The translations under genes and the position numbers were made by a program. The notes under the pieces were generated by a model. The model saw only the letters and a program-made list of their open reading frames with translations, searched no databases and was not told the DNA's origin. Positions 40,901 to 50,589 of a stretch of DNA of 64,000 bases are shown here, piece after piece (the first letter of the stretch is position 1; the number at the start of each line of letters is the position of its first letter). The stretch comes from Octopus bimaculoides. Taxonomy: Eukaryota. The DNA lies in contig NC_068981.1 in NCBI RefSeq assembly GCF_001194135.2, forward strand, positions 40,753,884 through 40,817,883. Reading direction: 5' to 3'.

Positions 40901-41930
40901 CTGGTTGAGAACCCTTGGTCTTCATTAAGCATGCCAGAATTAATAAACATCAACTGTACTGACTTCACTGGAAGCTAGTTGTCTGCCAGAATTGGTACCA
41001 ATTGTGTTTACCTCATTGGTCTAGAAGGTGTCTGCCAGAATTAATAAACATCATGTTTCGACTTCTCTTTTCTGAAAGTTGTCAACCAGAAATACTAAGG
41101 AAGGGCATGCAACCATAGAAACCATGCCAAAGCAAACGGTAGACCTTAGCACAATCTTCTGGCTCACCAGTTCCTATCAAACCATCCAACCCATGCCAGT
41201 GTGGAAAACAAGCATCAAATAATGATGTCAATGTATTGACTTCTCTAGGTTGGAAGGTATCTGCCAGAATCACTTGCTCAAACCTTCCTTCTGATATATT
41301 CTTTTACTAGTCTCATTTGTATATTCTATACTGGATCATCACCTTCTAGGGTATAGTCAATTATGTTGATGCCCATTGCTTATTTTATCAAAAGATAAAT
41401 GGCAAAGTGTACCTGGGTAAAATTGAATTTAGAACATAAAACAACATAATCAAATACCACAAGGTACGTTGTCCGATGCTCTGTTGTTTGATAAGAACTG
41501 CTGTTTGTTTAAACTGTATGAGATTTCCAGAACTTGTTTTGTTTATAATAGAAAGGTTGCTGCACTAGTTTTCACATTCTTTCTTTCTTCTTCTTCCTCC
41601 TCCTTTTTCCTATGGCCTTGGTAATAAGCATGACAAAAACAAACATGAGATTTAGATGCAAACAGATAATGCATTTAATATCAATACAATATAAAGAGAT
41701 AGTACATAAATACAATAGAATTGCAATACATATGGCAAAACAATTTCAGACATCACACTGTGTGTCAAAGGTGACATACTGGAGAAAGAGAGAGTGAGAG
41801 AAAAAGAGAGAGAGAGAGTGTGTGTGTGTGTGTGTGGATGTGTGCATGCACAGATATGCTCTCTCTCTCTCTCTCTCTCTCACACTCGCACATGCATGCA
41901 CATACACATACACACATTCACATTCTCCCT

Positions 41931-42001
<71 letters not shown>

Positions 42002-42391
42002 TCTCACCCCATTTTTGTTTCTCTTTGTAGACTGAAATTACTCATGAAATACTTTGAAAATTTAAATTTTTGGTGAATAGGAGAGGAAAAATGATAAAAG
42101 TACTCGAAATAAAGTTTTAATGAACTATGTAACTGCCTACAAATAATCTAGGTTAAAACAGATAAATCTATGCAAATCATTATGCTGATAGTGAACATAA
42201 TAAAATTTCTGAGAAAACTAGTTATTTTTCATTTACACATCAAGCATATTATTAAGATTTCAATATTTTCTTCATGTACTAACCCATTTTTCTTTCTATT
42301 TCAGGCTGGACTTGACAAATCTGTTATTTTGGCCTTTGTACAACTTCGTGTTGATTTCCGATCATCTAAGTTGGCATCATTACTAAAATAA
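12165..42391 (+). CDS. EXOC5: Exocyst complex component 5 (Sec10), complete 19-exon CDS, 713 aa
   Basis: join(12165-12206,16107-16349,16918-17115,18639-18706,19482-19510,21251-21360,22449-22493,26368-26508,27276-27352,28192-28302,28836-28931,30142-30292,32504-32612,35455-35578,37672-37758,38759-38864,39139-39295,39971-40131,42305-42391) = 2142 nt, all GT-AG, phases compatible. Diagnostic peptides EPFxxxEFVERLAWRT, HLGDQLEGVNTPR, AADIIQKLHLIAQELP, EQKKSDFKP, LDGKNVD, LHALCNLL. Confidence 0.97.
12928..13560 (-). mobile_element. CRE-like non-LTR retrotransposon 3' fragment (zinc knuckle plus restriction-like endonuclease)
   Basis: CCCGRLLDSTGLHGLSC..ARH, LEPSGL.R.GGKRTDG, LVWDVT, KILKY, AFETFG, GNTASV; one frameshift near 13250. 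Confidence 0.8.
13860..14130 (+). mobile_element. RTE-clade LINE fragment with Cys-rich insert
   Basis: GRWSCLICRKGVGRNSI..CKLWTHK, FACGRC, LGVVNSFHYL. Confidence 0.75.
15480..16040 (+). mobile_element. Two older copies of the same tRNA-SINE (15480-15590, 15828-16040)
   Basis: Similarity to the 25650 copy, including gagttcaaatt and gcctttcatcc motifs. Confidence 0.8.
16107..16349 (+). CDS. EXOC5: EXOC5 exon 2 (EPFNPHEF...QRKNQ)
   Basis: ttatag acceptor, gtatga donor, 81 codons. Confidence 0.97.
16918..17115 (+). CDS. EXOC5: EXOC5 exon 3 (SSYSKFQELDERI...TDPFQ)
   Basis: ttttag/gtaaat, 66 codons, contains HLGDQLEGVNTPR. Confidence 0.97.
17450..18070 (-). mobile_element. Cluster of three tRNA-SINE copies in reverse orientation
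   Basis: Reverse complement matches of the 25650 family (ggtacttaatttat..gaaaggcaaagtcaacctc..). Confidence 0.8.
18639..18706 (+). CDS. EXOC5: EXOC5 exon 4 (LQLAADIIQKLHLIAQELPNGE)
   Basis: ccttag/gtatgt; an in-frame alternative AG lies 6 nt downstream. Confidence 0.95.
19482..19510 (+). CDS. EXOC5: EXOC5 exon 5, 29-nt micro-exon (FVKARQRIS)
   Basis: tttcag/gtttgt; required for phase 2 to phase 1 continuity between exons 4 and 6. Confidence 0.85.
21251..21360 (+). CDS. EXOC5: EXOC5 exon 6 (KYNQVENELIEEF...QNFK)
   Basis: ttgtag/gtattc. Confidence 0.95.
22449..22493 (+). CDS. EXOC5: EXOC5 exon 7 (SYSQCIESFIEETQK)
   Basis: tttcag/gtaact, 45 nt. Confidence 0.92.
24160..24570 (-). mobile_element. 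HERO/R2-like non-LTR retrotransposon ORF fragment
   Basis: KIK(W)PKEND..YKKYD.EV, KLENLANIIYREGKRLG, RRERQI, KLRTRWR..ERERLKQLY across two frames. Confidence 0.6.
25650..25890 (+). mobile_element. tRNA-derived SINE, young copy with 16-bp TSD
   Basis: A-box-like TGGCAGAAACG, B-box GAGTTCAAATTCC, A-rich tail, TSD ATATTATTGCTTACTA at 25634-25649 and 25891-25906. Confidence 0.9.
26368..26508 (+). CDS. EXOC5: EXOC5 exon 8 (GCFTSDDIFDE...GKLQ)
   Basis: tttcag/gtaatg, 47 codons. Confidence 0.95.
27276..27352 (+). CDS. EXOC5: EXOC5 exon 9 (ETISKK...EQYLTNLYDLYT)
   Basis: ttccag/gtaatc. Confidence 0.95.
27720..27800. repeat. (CT)n microsatellite
   Basis: Direct reading; other (CT)n tracts at ~50232-50295, ~57550-57643 and ~59457-59523. 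Confidence 0.98.
28192..28302 (+). CDS. EXOC5: EXOC5 exon 10 (TAKLSNDL...HLEAYI)
   Basis: tttcag/gtaagg. Confidence 0.95.
28836..28931 (+). CDS. EXOC5: EXOC5 exon 11 (HEIKFL...QRYYNSKNHQKKKIQSG)
   Basis: ttttag/gtaagt. Confidence 0.95.
30142..30292 (+). CDS. EXOC5: EXOC5 exon 12 (FRREFQ...FLSQE...QETKLAFKRCKV)
   Basis: ttctag/gtaagt. Confidence 0.95.
30500..31140. repeat. Purine-rich (GA) low-complexity tract
   Basis: Strong strand asymmetry; generates spurious K/E/R-rich and F/L/S-rich ORFs. Confidence 0.7.
32504..32612 (+). CDS. EXOC5: EXOC5 exon 13 (ISSASDLP...EHIDYAVELGLQ)
   Basis: tttcag/gtaatg. Confidence 0.95.
32805..33242 (-). mobile_element. Tandem pair of tRNA-SINE copies
   Basis: Two successive reverse-complement matches to the 25650 family. 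Confidence 0.8.
34490..34830 (+). mobile_element. Second tRNA-head SINE family (copies also near 33555 and 36195)
   Basis: ggctg.g..gaag..tgcttcccaaccac.tg..ttgggttcagt..cactgc.tg.cacc.t.ggcaag core followed by (GT)n. Confidence 0.65.
35455..35578 (+). CDS. EXOC5: EXOC5 exon 14 (IPLAD...QANTLFHLFEKQF...PLV)
   Basis: ttacag/gtaagt. Confidence 0.95.
36490..36968 (+). mobile_element. 5'-truncated RTE (BovB-like) LINE with 8-bp TSD, nested in a short repeat
   Basis: AGHVARMSDDRLPK, KKRFKDTLK.SLK, TWEQ.A.DR..WR, CPHCQRLF..QIGL; TSD TACCAACA at 36482-36489 and 36969-36976. Confidence 0.85.
37146..37305. mobile_element. Tc1/pogo-like MITE
   Basis: Perfect 15-bp TIR ACCATATTTACTTGT / ACAAGTAAATATGGT. 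Confidence 0.65.
37672..37758 (+). CDS. EXOC5: EXOC5 exon 15 (SSPKHSTCLQ...KIDLGLD)
   Basis: ttacag/gtaaat. Confidence 0.95.
38759..38864 (+). CDS. EXOC5: EXOC5 exon 16 (SISAIIG...EQKKSDFKP...SE)
   Basis: ttctag/gtaact. Confidence 0.95.
39139..39295 (+). CDS. EXOC5: EXOC5 exon 17 (ACARTV...LDGKNVD...ELGTRFHRLI)
   Basis: ttgtag/gtaagt. Confidence 0.97.
39971..40131 (+). CDS. EXOC5: EXOC5 exon 18 (GMLVICDVNEYRK...LHALCNLL...EPL)
   Basis: tttcag/gtaaaa. Confidence 0.97.
40598..40917. mobile_element. hAT (Charlie-like) MITE
   Basis: TIRs CAGGGGTCCTCAACC / GGTTGAGAACCCTTG; degenerate 8-bp TSD gtctagat / gtcttcat. Related ends occur near 19765-19885 and 20985-21050. Confidence 0.7.
41931..41999. 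repeat. (CA)n microsatellite
   Basis: Direct reading. Confidence 0.98.
42305..42391 (+). CDS. EXOC5: EXOC5 terminal coding exon (AGLDKSV...FVQLRVDFRSSKLASLLK*)
   Basis: tttcag acceptor, TAA at 42389-42391. Confidence 0.96.
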   Translation, partial: AGLDKSVILAFVQLRVDFRSSKLASLLK

Positions 42392-42626
42392 ATTCTGTAT
42401 TTTCCATGGCTGTTATATACACATGCAATCTTACTATTTAATTCTCTACTATAATATTCTTTCAGCAATATATATATTTGCATGTACAAACTTCAAGAGA
42501 TTATAGTGAATCTAAGTTTGAAACAAAAATTGTCCAGCTTTTAAACATGTGTTGTAGATATTTAACATTTGTGAGAGCCTGTGTATTTCATGCGTACCAG
42601 TTGTACACTTTTTAAGAAAAGTTACT

Positions 42627-42675
42627 AATAAAATCAATAAAGAAATATTTTAAAAATAAAGAGTTTTTAAATAAA
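42627..42675 (+). terminator. Cluster of AATAAA poly(A) signals, probable EXOC5 3' end
   Basis: Several AATAAA hexamers ~235-285 nt after the stop codon; which one is used cannot be told from sequence. Confidence 0.5.
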
Positions 42676-45144
42676 ATATTTCAATTTACAGCAGTACATT
42701 CTACTCATTATTTTGTAAGGAAACATTTGCTTATTGTTAAAAAATGTTGATTTCTTATACTGTTAAAACTTTATTTAAATTTAAAACCATCCATTATGAC
42801 ATTTTATTAAAGTTTCTCTATTGTATTTTACACCATAAATACCACTGTATATTGGCTTATTTATTCATATTAAAGTGTTCGATAATTATACATTTTATCT
42901 ATTCTTTTTAACTTTTATCAAGATGAAAGATTATGAGTTGACAAATTATGTACAAGACTTAATGCCATGTTAATGTATTAATTTCATTCCTTTAAGTTTG
43001 AGTGTAGGCCCAACATTGCTTTACATCTTCTTGTTGATAAACTACTACATGTTTATCTTCATGTTAGCTATGATTGAAGACATTCTGCCTTTGACTGTCC
43101 CACTTTTTTGATTATTCAAATTCTGTGGCTTAAGTAGCCCTTAAGTGCATAGTAAGGTTTAGTTGGAGTGCATGAGCAAGTTGTTTCACCCTAAGATAAA
43201 ATGTCTTTGAATGGCTGAGTTCCTTTTGAGTGTTGGGCTTCACAGAGGCAATGACTGAGACCTTTGGCATTATGCTGTGCTTAAGAAGACCCATCAAGCC
43301 GAGCAAAATCGCAGTTATGGCAGATACCGGTGTCACGCAAATGGCACCCATGCCGGTGACACATAAAAGCACCCATTACACTCTCGGTGTGGTTAGCATT
43401 AGGAAGGGTATCCAACCATAGAAAACCATGCCAAATCAAACTGAAGTCTGGTTCAGCCTTCCAGCTTACCAGCCCTGATCAAACTGTCCAACCCATGCCA
43501 GCATGGACAACGGACATTAGATGATGAATGTGCATTATTGGGCCCTTCACTCAAAACATGATGTAAAGTGGCTGGCATTCAGAAGGGCCTCCAGCTGTAG
43601 AAACCATACCAAAGCAGACATTGGAGCACAATGCAGTCCTCAAACCTATCGGATCCTGTCAAATCATCCAACCCATGCCAGTATAGAAGATGGCCATTAA
43701 AAGATGATAATTATTATAATGATAACTATTGCAATTTAGCTGTGAGTGAACCATTTGAGCTTTCATGATTGTTGGGTACAGTGCAACATTATTTAGAAGA
43801 GGGATCTCCTACTTAGCTGTCTCATTTAGGTCCCTGGTAAAGCATATTTGAGACTAAGTGTAGTCAGAACAGAACTGGTAGAGATCTGACCAGTTAATTA
43901 GCATGAAATACCCGAGGGTTCAGACATCAGAGATTGTTGAAAGGCAAACTTGCTTGGTTTAAGCTTAGACATGACAGGTATGTTGCCTAACCTTAAATCA
44001 TAATCTTGGCCTTAACTGTACTGTCTTTTCCATTATGTACAAAAAGTACTATCCTTGATCAAGGAAAGTACTTCAAAAAATTGTATTGGTATCTTTTATA
44101 GAAGATTGTATTTTTATTTATAGGTTTAAATGTTTTGTTTTCCCCCATCTCCACCCTTCCCCCAACAAATCTACTCAGATTTAATGATCAACTGATTAGC
44201 TATTCAGTTCATGTTTTTAAAATGTCCTTTGTGAGATATATTTTATACATTAAAGTCATGCATGACCTATGCAAATAATCAGTTTACAGTACACAACAAA
44301 GAAGTTAATTTTATTATTATTGTTCACACAAATATACTTTTGTCCTTTCTTTTTTCCAGTTTTATAAAAGTTTGATGTCTCTTAGGAAGTTATTTAATCC
44401 CTGTGGAAAATTAAAAATCTATAACTAAAATTAATGACTTGCTCAGCATTTAATTAAATATTCTTTTACTATCAAATCTATTAGTATAAAGTTCACTTTA
44501 TTTCCTTTTTTTTTTTATGTTTCATGAAGAGAGATCTGATGATAATAGCAAATCTGGCTAAGATAACCCTGGCAAAGAAAATGTTTTAATGTCATTTAAA
44601 AAAACCATTAATTATTCTAAGAATGAAGGGTGTTTTTAAATCCCTATCATACTTTGGTGAAATAGCGAGGGGATAACATAGTGACATTAAAGCTGGATGA
44701 TGATAGTTGGCAGAGATACATGAACAGTAAAACAGGTTCAGTAAATGTATTTTTGATGAAGAAGAAGAGTCTGGTGATGGAACAACATAGAAATGATGGA
44801 AAAAGAGAAACAATTGCATAAATAAAAAGCTAAGACCATTGCACTAATAAAAGACACAAAACGAGCTTGATAAATATCAAAGATGGTAGTGTTGCTGATG
44901 GGAAGATTGTCAGTATATGAGCCTAGTAGCTGTGAGAATAATAAAAAAGTATATTTTCAAATATACATTGAATTGAACAAAAATCCCATATTGCTTAAGA
45001 ATGTTGTTACCAATTAGGAATTCAGAGACAGTAAGTTAGTTGAGATTTGGAAGCTTTTTTGTTTACGCAGGTTAATTTATCAATTCTTTGATTGCTTTTT
45101 TTAATTCACACAATTAAAATACAACTATTACCAATTAAGTAGCG

Positions 45145-45400
45145 ACAACTCCCTCTTGTTCATCATAGTCCTCCAGGCAATAACAGAGGAATTTAAGAGA
45201 GGCTGCCCCTGCAAGCTCCTCTATAATGATGACCTTGTTCTTATAGCTGGATCACTATCAGAACTAGAGAAGAAATTTCAGGTGTGGAAGCATGGTCTAG
45301 AATCAAAGGGTCTTTGAGTAAAGCAGACAAATCACAAATCCCTTTAGGTAGATGGTCCTGCTCAATATGTAGAAAGGCATAGGTAGAAACTCCATAAAAT
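45145..45400 (+). mobile_element. RTE LINE reverse-transcriptase fragment
   Basis: LLFIIVLQAITEEF..GCP..LLYNDDLVLIA (YADD-type motif)..WK.GLESKGL, then RWSCSICRK.IGRNSI. Confidence 0.85.
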
Positions 45401-45401
45401 G

Positions 45402-46184
45402 TACTCTCCTTCATTTTTTACAATGCTCTACCATCTATCTGGTAGACTTGCAAGGCCCCTTCTCCAAAATTCACTTGTCCGTGATGAAAAATACTCCTCC
45501 AGTACTGTTCTGACCTCGTCTACAGAATTCATATATTTTCCGTCCAAACGATTTTGAAGACAGCGGAATAAATGCTAATCAGATGGGGCAATGTCGACAA
45601 ATATGGTGGATGGAACATTGTTTCCTATTCAAACTGCTCCAGCCTTTGGAATGTCATCCTCATTGTATGTGGTTGAGCATTAGATTCAGAAAGTTTATGA
45701 GGGACTCATTGACCCAATTGCTGACATTTCTGATGGCACACAGGTGTCGTTGAATGACCAAATCCAAGCTTCTCTGCTAGCTCCTCAACAGTTACAATGG
45801 GATTTTGTAGCATCAGGGTTTGCAGGACATCCTCATTGAGCTCCACAGATCTTCCAGGATAAGGCTCATCTTCTAGGCTGTAGTTTCTGGCTCTGAATTT
45901 CTGGAACCACCGTTAACTCTGGCTTACACATATTATCCAATCCCCATATACTGCATTAATATTCCTCACACTTTCCATTGCGTTGTTGCCTTTATTGAAC
46001 TCATAAAGCAAAATATGCCAAATATGTCCCTTTGAAAAAATAACTGTTAAAATCAAACTGCACTCTTCAAAACTTGTACTAAGAATAAGGACAAGGTAAA
46101 ATTACTACCTGCATTTATAACAAGTTGATGCAGGTAGTTTATCCCGTCCCCCTCCAACTTTTAGTTCAAGCAATTGAAAAAACT
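45402..46184 (-). mobile_element. Third, deleted mariner copy abutting an RTE fragment
   Basis: High nucleotide similarity to 7510-8670; internal deletion near 45680; TIRs lost. Confidence 0.85.
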
Positions 46185-47640
46185 GAACGTGTGTGTGTGT
46201 ATGTGTAATATTTCATATACATATATGATGAATTTATATAAACATATGTTATGTATGTATAGATAGATAGATAAGACAGACAGATAGATGCCAGCATGGA
46301 AGGCAGATGTTAGGTGATGATGATGAGGTTATATATGTATCATCATCATCATCATCATCGTTTAACGTCCGCTTTCCATGCTAGCATGGGTTGGACGATT
46401 TGACTGAGGATTGGTGAAACCAGATGGCTACACCAGGCTCCAATCTGATTTGGCAGAGTTTCTACAGCTGGATGCCCTTCCTAATGCCAACCACTCAGAG
46501 AGTGTAGTGGGTGCTTTTATGTGTCACCCGCACGAAGGCCAGTCAGGCAGTACTGGCAACGGCCACGCTCAAAATGGTGCATTTTATGTGCCACCCGCAC
46601 AAGAGCCAGTCCAGGGGCACTGGCAACGATCTCACTCGAAGATCCCACGAAGGCCAGCCAGGCGGTACTGGCAACGATCACGCTCAAAATGGNNNNNNNN
46701 NNNNNNNNNNNNNNNNNNNNNNNNNNNNNNNNNNNNNNNNNNNNNNNNNNNNNNNNNNNNNNNNNNNNNNNNNNNNNNNNNNNNNNNNNNNNNNNNNNNN
46801 NNNNNNNNNNNNNNNNNNNNNNNNNNNNNNNNNNNNNNNNNNNNNNNNNNNNNNNNNNNNNNNNNNNNNNNNNNNNNNNNNNNNNNNNNNNNNNNNNNNN
46901 NNNNNNNNNNNNNNNNNNNNNNNNNNNNNNNNNNNNNNNNNNNNNNNNNNNNNNNNNNNNNNNNNNNNNNNNNNNNNNNNNNNNNNNNNNNNNNNNNNNN
47001 NNNNNNNNNNNNNNNNNNNNNNNNNNNNNNNNNNNNNNNNNNNNNNNNNNNNNNNNNNNNNNNNNNNNNNNNNNNNNNNNNNNNNNNNNNNNNNNNNNNN
47101 NNNNNNNNNNNNNNNNNNNNNNNNNNNNNNNNNNNNNNNNNNNNNNNNNNNNNNNNNNNNNNNNNNNNNNNNNNNNNNNNNNNNNNNNNNNNNGTTATAT
47201 ATGTATCATCATCATCATCATCATCGTTTAACGTCCGCTTTCCATGCTAGCATGGGTTGGACGATTTGACTGAGGATTGGTGAAACCAGATGGCTACACC
47301 AGGCTCCAATCTGATTTGGCAGAGTTTCTACAGCTGGATGCCCTTCCTAATGCCAACCACTCAGAGAGTGTAGTGGGTGCTTTTATGTGTCACCCGCACG
47401 AAGGCCAGTCAGGCAGTACTGGCAACGGCCACGCTCAAAATGGTGCATTTTATGTGCCACCCGCACAAGAGCCAGTCCAGGGGCACTGGCAACGATCTCG
47501 CTCGAAAATCCTACGACGGCCCCGCACAAGAGCCAGTTCAGGGGCACTGGCAATGATCTCGCTCGAAAAATTTCATGTGTCACCCACACAAGAGCCTGTC
47601 ACCCATACATATATATGTGTGTGTGTGTGTGTGTATGTTA

Positions 47641-49200
47641 GTCATTATTCAGTTTTATCTCAAGATTTCTTGTCAATAGAGAAGGAGCTGGTTTTTTAAC
47701 CAAGATCCAAGGCTCCTTCATTGGAATTTCAACATCAACAACAGGGTATTTGTTTATGTATGTATGTATATGTGCAGATTTGTATGTTTTATGCATGTAT
47801 TCTCATGCAGATATCTGCATATCTTGACATGCTCATATATACCTAAATGATAAACTTCTGCAAAGTTTTACAGATTTTTACAGTTCCAGTGATGGATTGG
47901 ATTTGTAGTCTTCGAAGTAGCTTTCTCCTTTCTGGTTTTGAGAAGTCAAATTTCTCAAGATTGGTATTTAGGCATGGCGTTACATATCCCAGTGCCCTAA
48001 TAATTACAGGTATAAACCTGAACTTGTAATCTGGATAGAGTAACTGCAGATTTCTTAATAGTTCAGTGTAAGTATTCTCTTTTTTACTGATCTTCAGCTT
48101 TATGTTAACATCCACTGGTTTCCACAACTGTACACAGTTTCTCTTCTCTATCTCAAATCATTATATCAGGTCTATTGTATTTACATTTTATTGAAGTTTT
48201 CACTGGGACATTCCACCAGTACTCCTTTTTATTATGAGTATTTGTGGCTTCCACCACACTGTGCGTTCTTATTTCTTTGTCCTTGGGGTTATTCTTTTGG
48301 CACATCTCATTATACAGTGTCCAAGCAAAACATCATGTCTCATCGGTAGATAATATAGTGATGACATTTTTGGACAACTTCTTATGATGTGGGTGATATC
48401 TTTGGTGTTAACTCCACAAAGTCTGCATCAGTTGTCACATTTTACTGCTTGTCCTGCATCTCTGTCCCTTTTGTACATCAGGTATATGGTTGATATTTCT
48501 TGTTCCTGGATTGCAAATGCATACCCTCCAAAGTGGGAGGTAGTAATCTGGTTGTTGGTTCATGATAGACTGCTTTGGTGATCAATGTTACTATTATCTC
48601 TGAGCTTTCTATTAACATATTCACGCATGATCTTCTGCTCATATATGCTCATCTTTTTATATGATGATATGTTGTGGTAGAGTTGTGCAACTTCTTAGGG
48701 CATGTATTTAAGGATATCAGACAAGGAATGCTGCTCAAGGAGCTGCCTTCCAAGTCTTATGATGTTATCAGCCTCATGTATGCAAACTTGTTCAAAGGAT
48801 GCACTTCAACACTTGGTGGTTAGAAGATGCAGCTGAAGAGAAATGATACGACATTTAAAGGCATTTTGGATCGATGTTAAGCCTCTACCACCTTGTTTTC
48901 ATTTTAGGTAGAAGCAGTTTATGTCACTGTTAATGTGGAAACAATGTGTGCTTGTTAGTATTTTCCAGCTTTTCACATCAATAGCTCAGATCTCATCAAG
49001 CATCCAATCAAGCAGCGCATGAGAACTGGCACTGCAAACACATTGTGGGCCACTATTTCATTGACTGCAGAGTGTTCCAAGGTCCAAATTTTCTTATCTC
49101 AATTAGAAGCTCAACATCTTTTTACAATGGTTACTTTCAACTGACATGAATTATTTATTGGACAGACATTGTTTGGTATCACCAATCTATGTATTTGACT
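47641..49200 (-). mobile_element. R4/Dong-like non-LTR retrotransposon 3' fragment
   Basis: FHINSDI..FYL..KQGGRGL and REL-type C-terminus PVDVNI..K..KE..Y..L..FIPVII.ALG..LQ..SITGTVKICK. Confidence 0.75.
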
Positions 49201-50017
49201 GCAAGATATATGTCATAAATATATACTAGAAAAAGAAGTAGTTAAAAAAATTGAGCCATGTGTCTGTCACACTAAGATTCACAGATTTCTTAACTGAGAA
49301 AATAACAAATAAAAGTACACTCTGAAAAGGAAATATATAAGATTTATATATGGGTTTAAAAGTTCACATAAGTTATAATGATACAATTCAATTATGAAGA
49401 GTGTATGGTCAACAGTATAAAATTCCTTGCAAGAATTCCTTACACTGATTCCATGTACATGCTTAGAGGGCTTCCAATTGTTTTACATAAAGTTATATGT
49501 ACTGACAAATGGCTCTTTTGGAAGCCAAACATTATAGAATACAGTTATTGGAACTTTTCAAAAAATCAGTAGCATGAGAGTATTTTATTCTCAAGAATAT
49601 TTTCAAGAAGTTAATCAGAGTAGATTAAAGACCTGAGTTAGAAGTTTGTATATGCTCTAGTTAAAATCTACAAAGTTTTTGGATAGACATGCCTGCAAGA
49701 GAATCACCCAAATAATTATATCAAAAAGTAGAGAAAATTAACAGGACACTTAAGGTGTTATCCAGAGTATTTAGAACACCATGAAAATGATACTTTTGAA
49801 TTCAGCTCCACAAGCTACTGGTTTAGTTACAGAAAATGAAACTGATAAAGCATGAAAATGAGATTGTTAATTTAACCTATATTAATATAATTTCCATCTA
49901 ATTAACCAAAAATTATAATTTGCTTATTTAGTCACCTACAGTTTGATAAGAACATTTACCAATATACCTTGTTTTGCACATACTGTATTCTCTGCTCAAT
50001 CGCCAGGTATCTTAGAC

Positions 50018-50146
50018 ATGGCTACTACACTGAAAGAGATATGTGTTGGTCTTCCCCAAGATTTGCTTCCAGAAAACCGTCCTAGAGATTTTTCTGTTCC
50101 ACATGCTCCAGTTCGAACACCCAAACTATCTAACGAAGAAAAGAAA
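50018..50146 (+). CDS. UROC1: UROC1 coding exon 1 (MATTLKEIC...HAPVRTPKLSNEEKK)
   Basis: gacATGg start; possible acceptor cgccag at 50006 would imply an upstream UTR exon; gtcagt donor. Confidence 0.95.
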
Positions 50147-50241
50147 GTCAGTGATTAGTTTATTTATTTATTTATTTGTCTTTTATATAATTCCCTAAGA
50201 ACTTACAGCCAATTTGTATTTGGTTAACACATTTCTCTCTT

Positions 50242-50295
<54 letters not shown>

Positions 50296-50545
50296 NNNNN
50301 NNNNNNNNNNNNNNNNNNNNNNNNNNNNNNNNNNNNNNNNNNNNNNNNNNNNNNNNNNNNNNNNNNNNNNNNNNNNNNNNNNNNNNNNNNNNNNNNNNNN
50401 NNNNNNNNNNNNNNNNNNNNNNNNNNNNNNNNNNNNNNNNNNNNNNNNNNNNNNNNNNNNNNNNNNNNNNNNNNNNNNNNNNNNNNNNNNNNNNNNNNNN
50501 NNNNNNNNNNNNNNNNNNNNNNNNNNNNNNNNNNNNNNNNNNNNN

Positions 50546-50589
<44 letters not shown>

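Noticed and set aside
41794-42076. His/Thr- and Leu/Ser-repeat ORFs (also 20088-20356, 57396-57769, 8651-8863)
   Set aside because: Translations of dinucleotide microsatellites.
44530-44930. Purine-rich, coding-looking stretch between EXOC5 and UROC1
   Set aside because: Multiple stops of all types, longest frame ~50 codons, and no recognisable motif.
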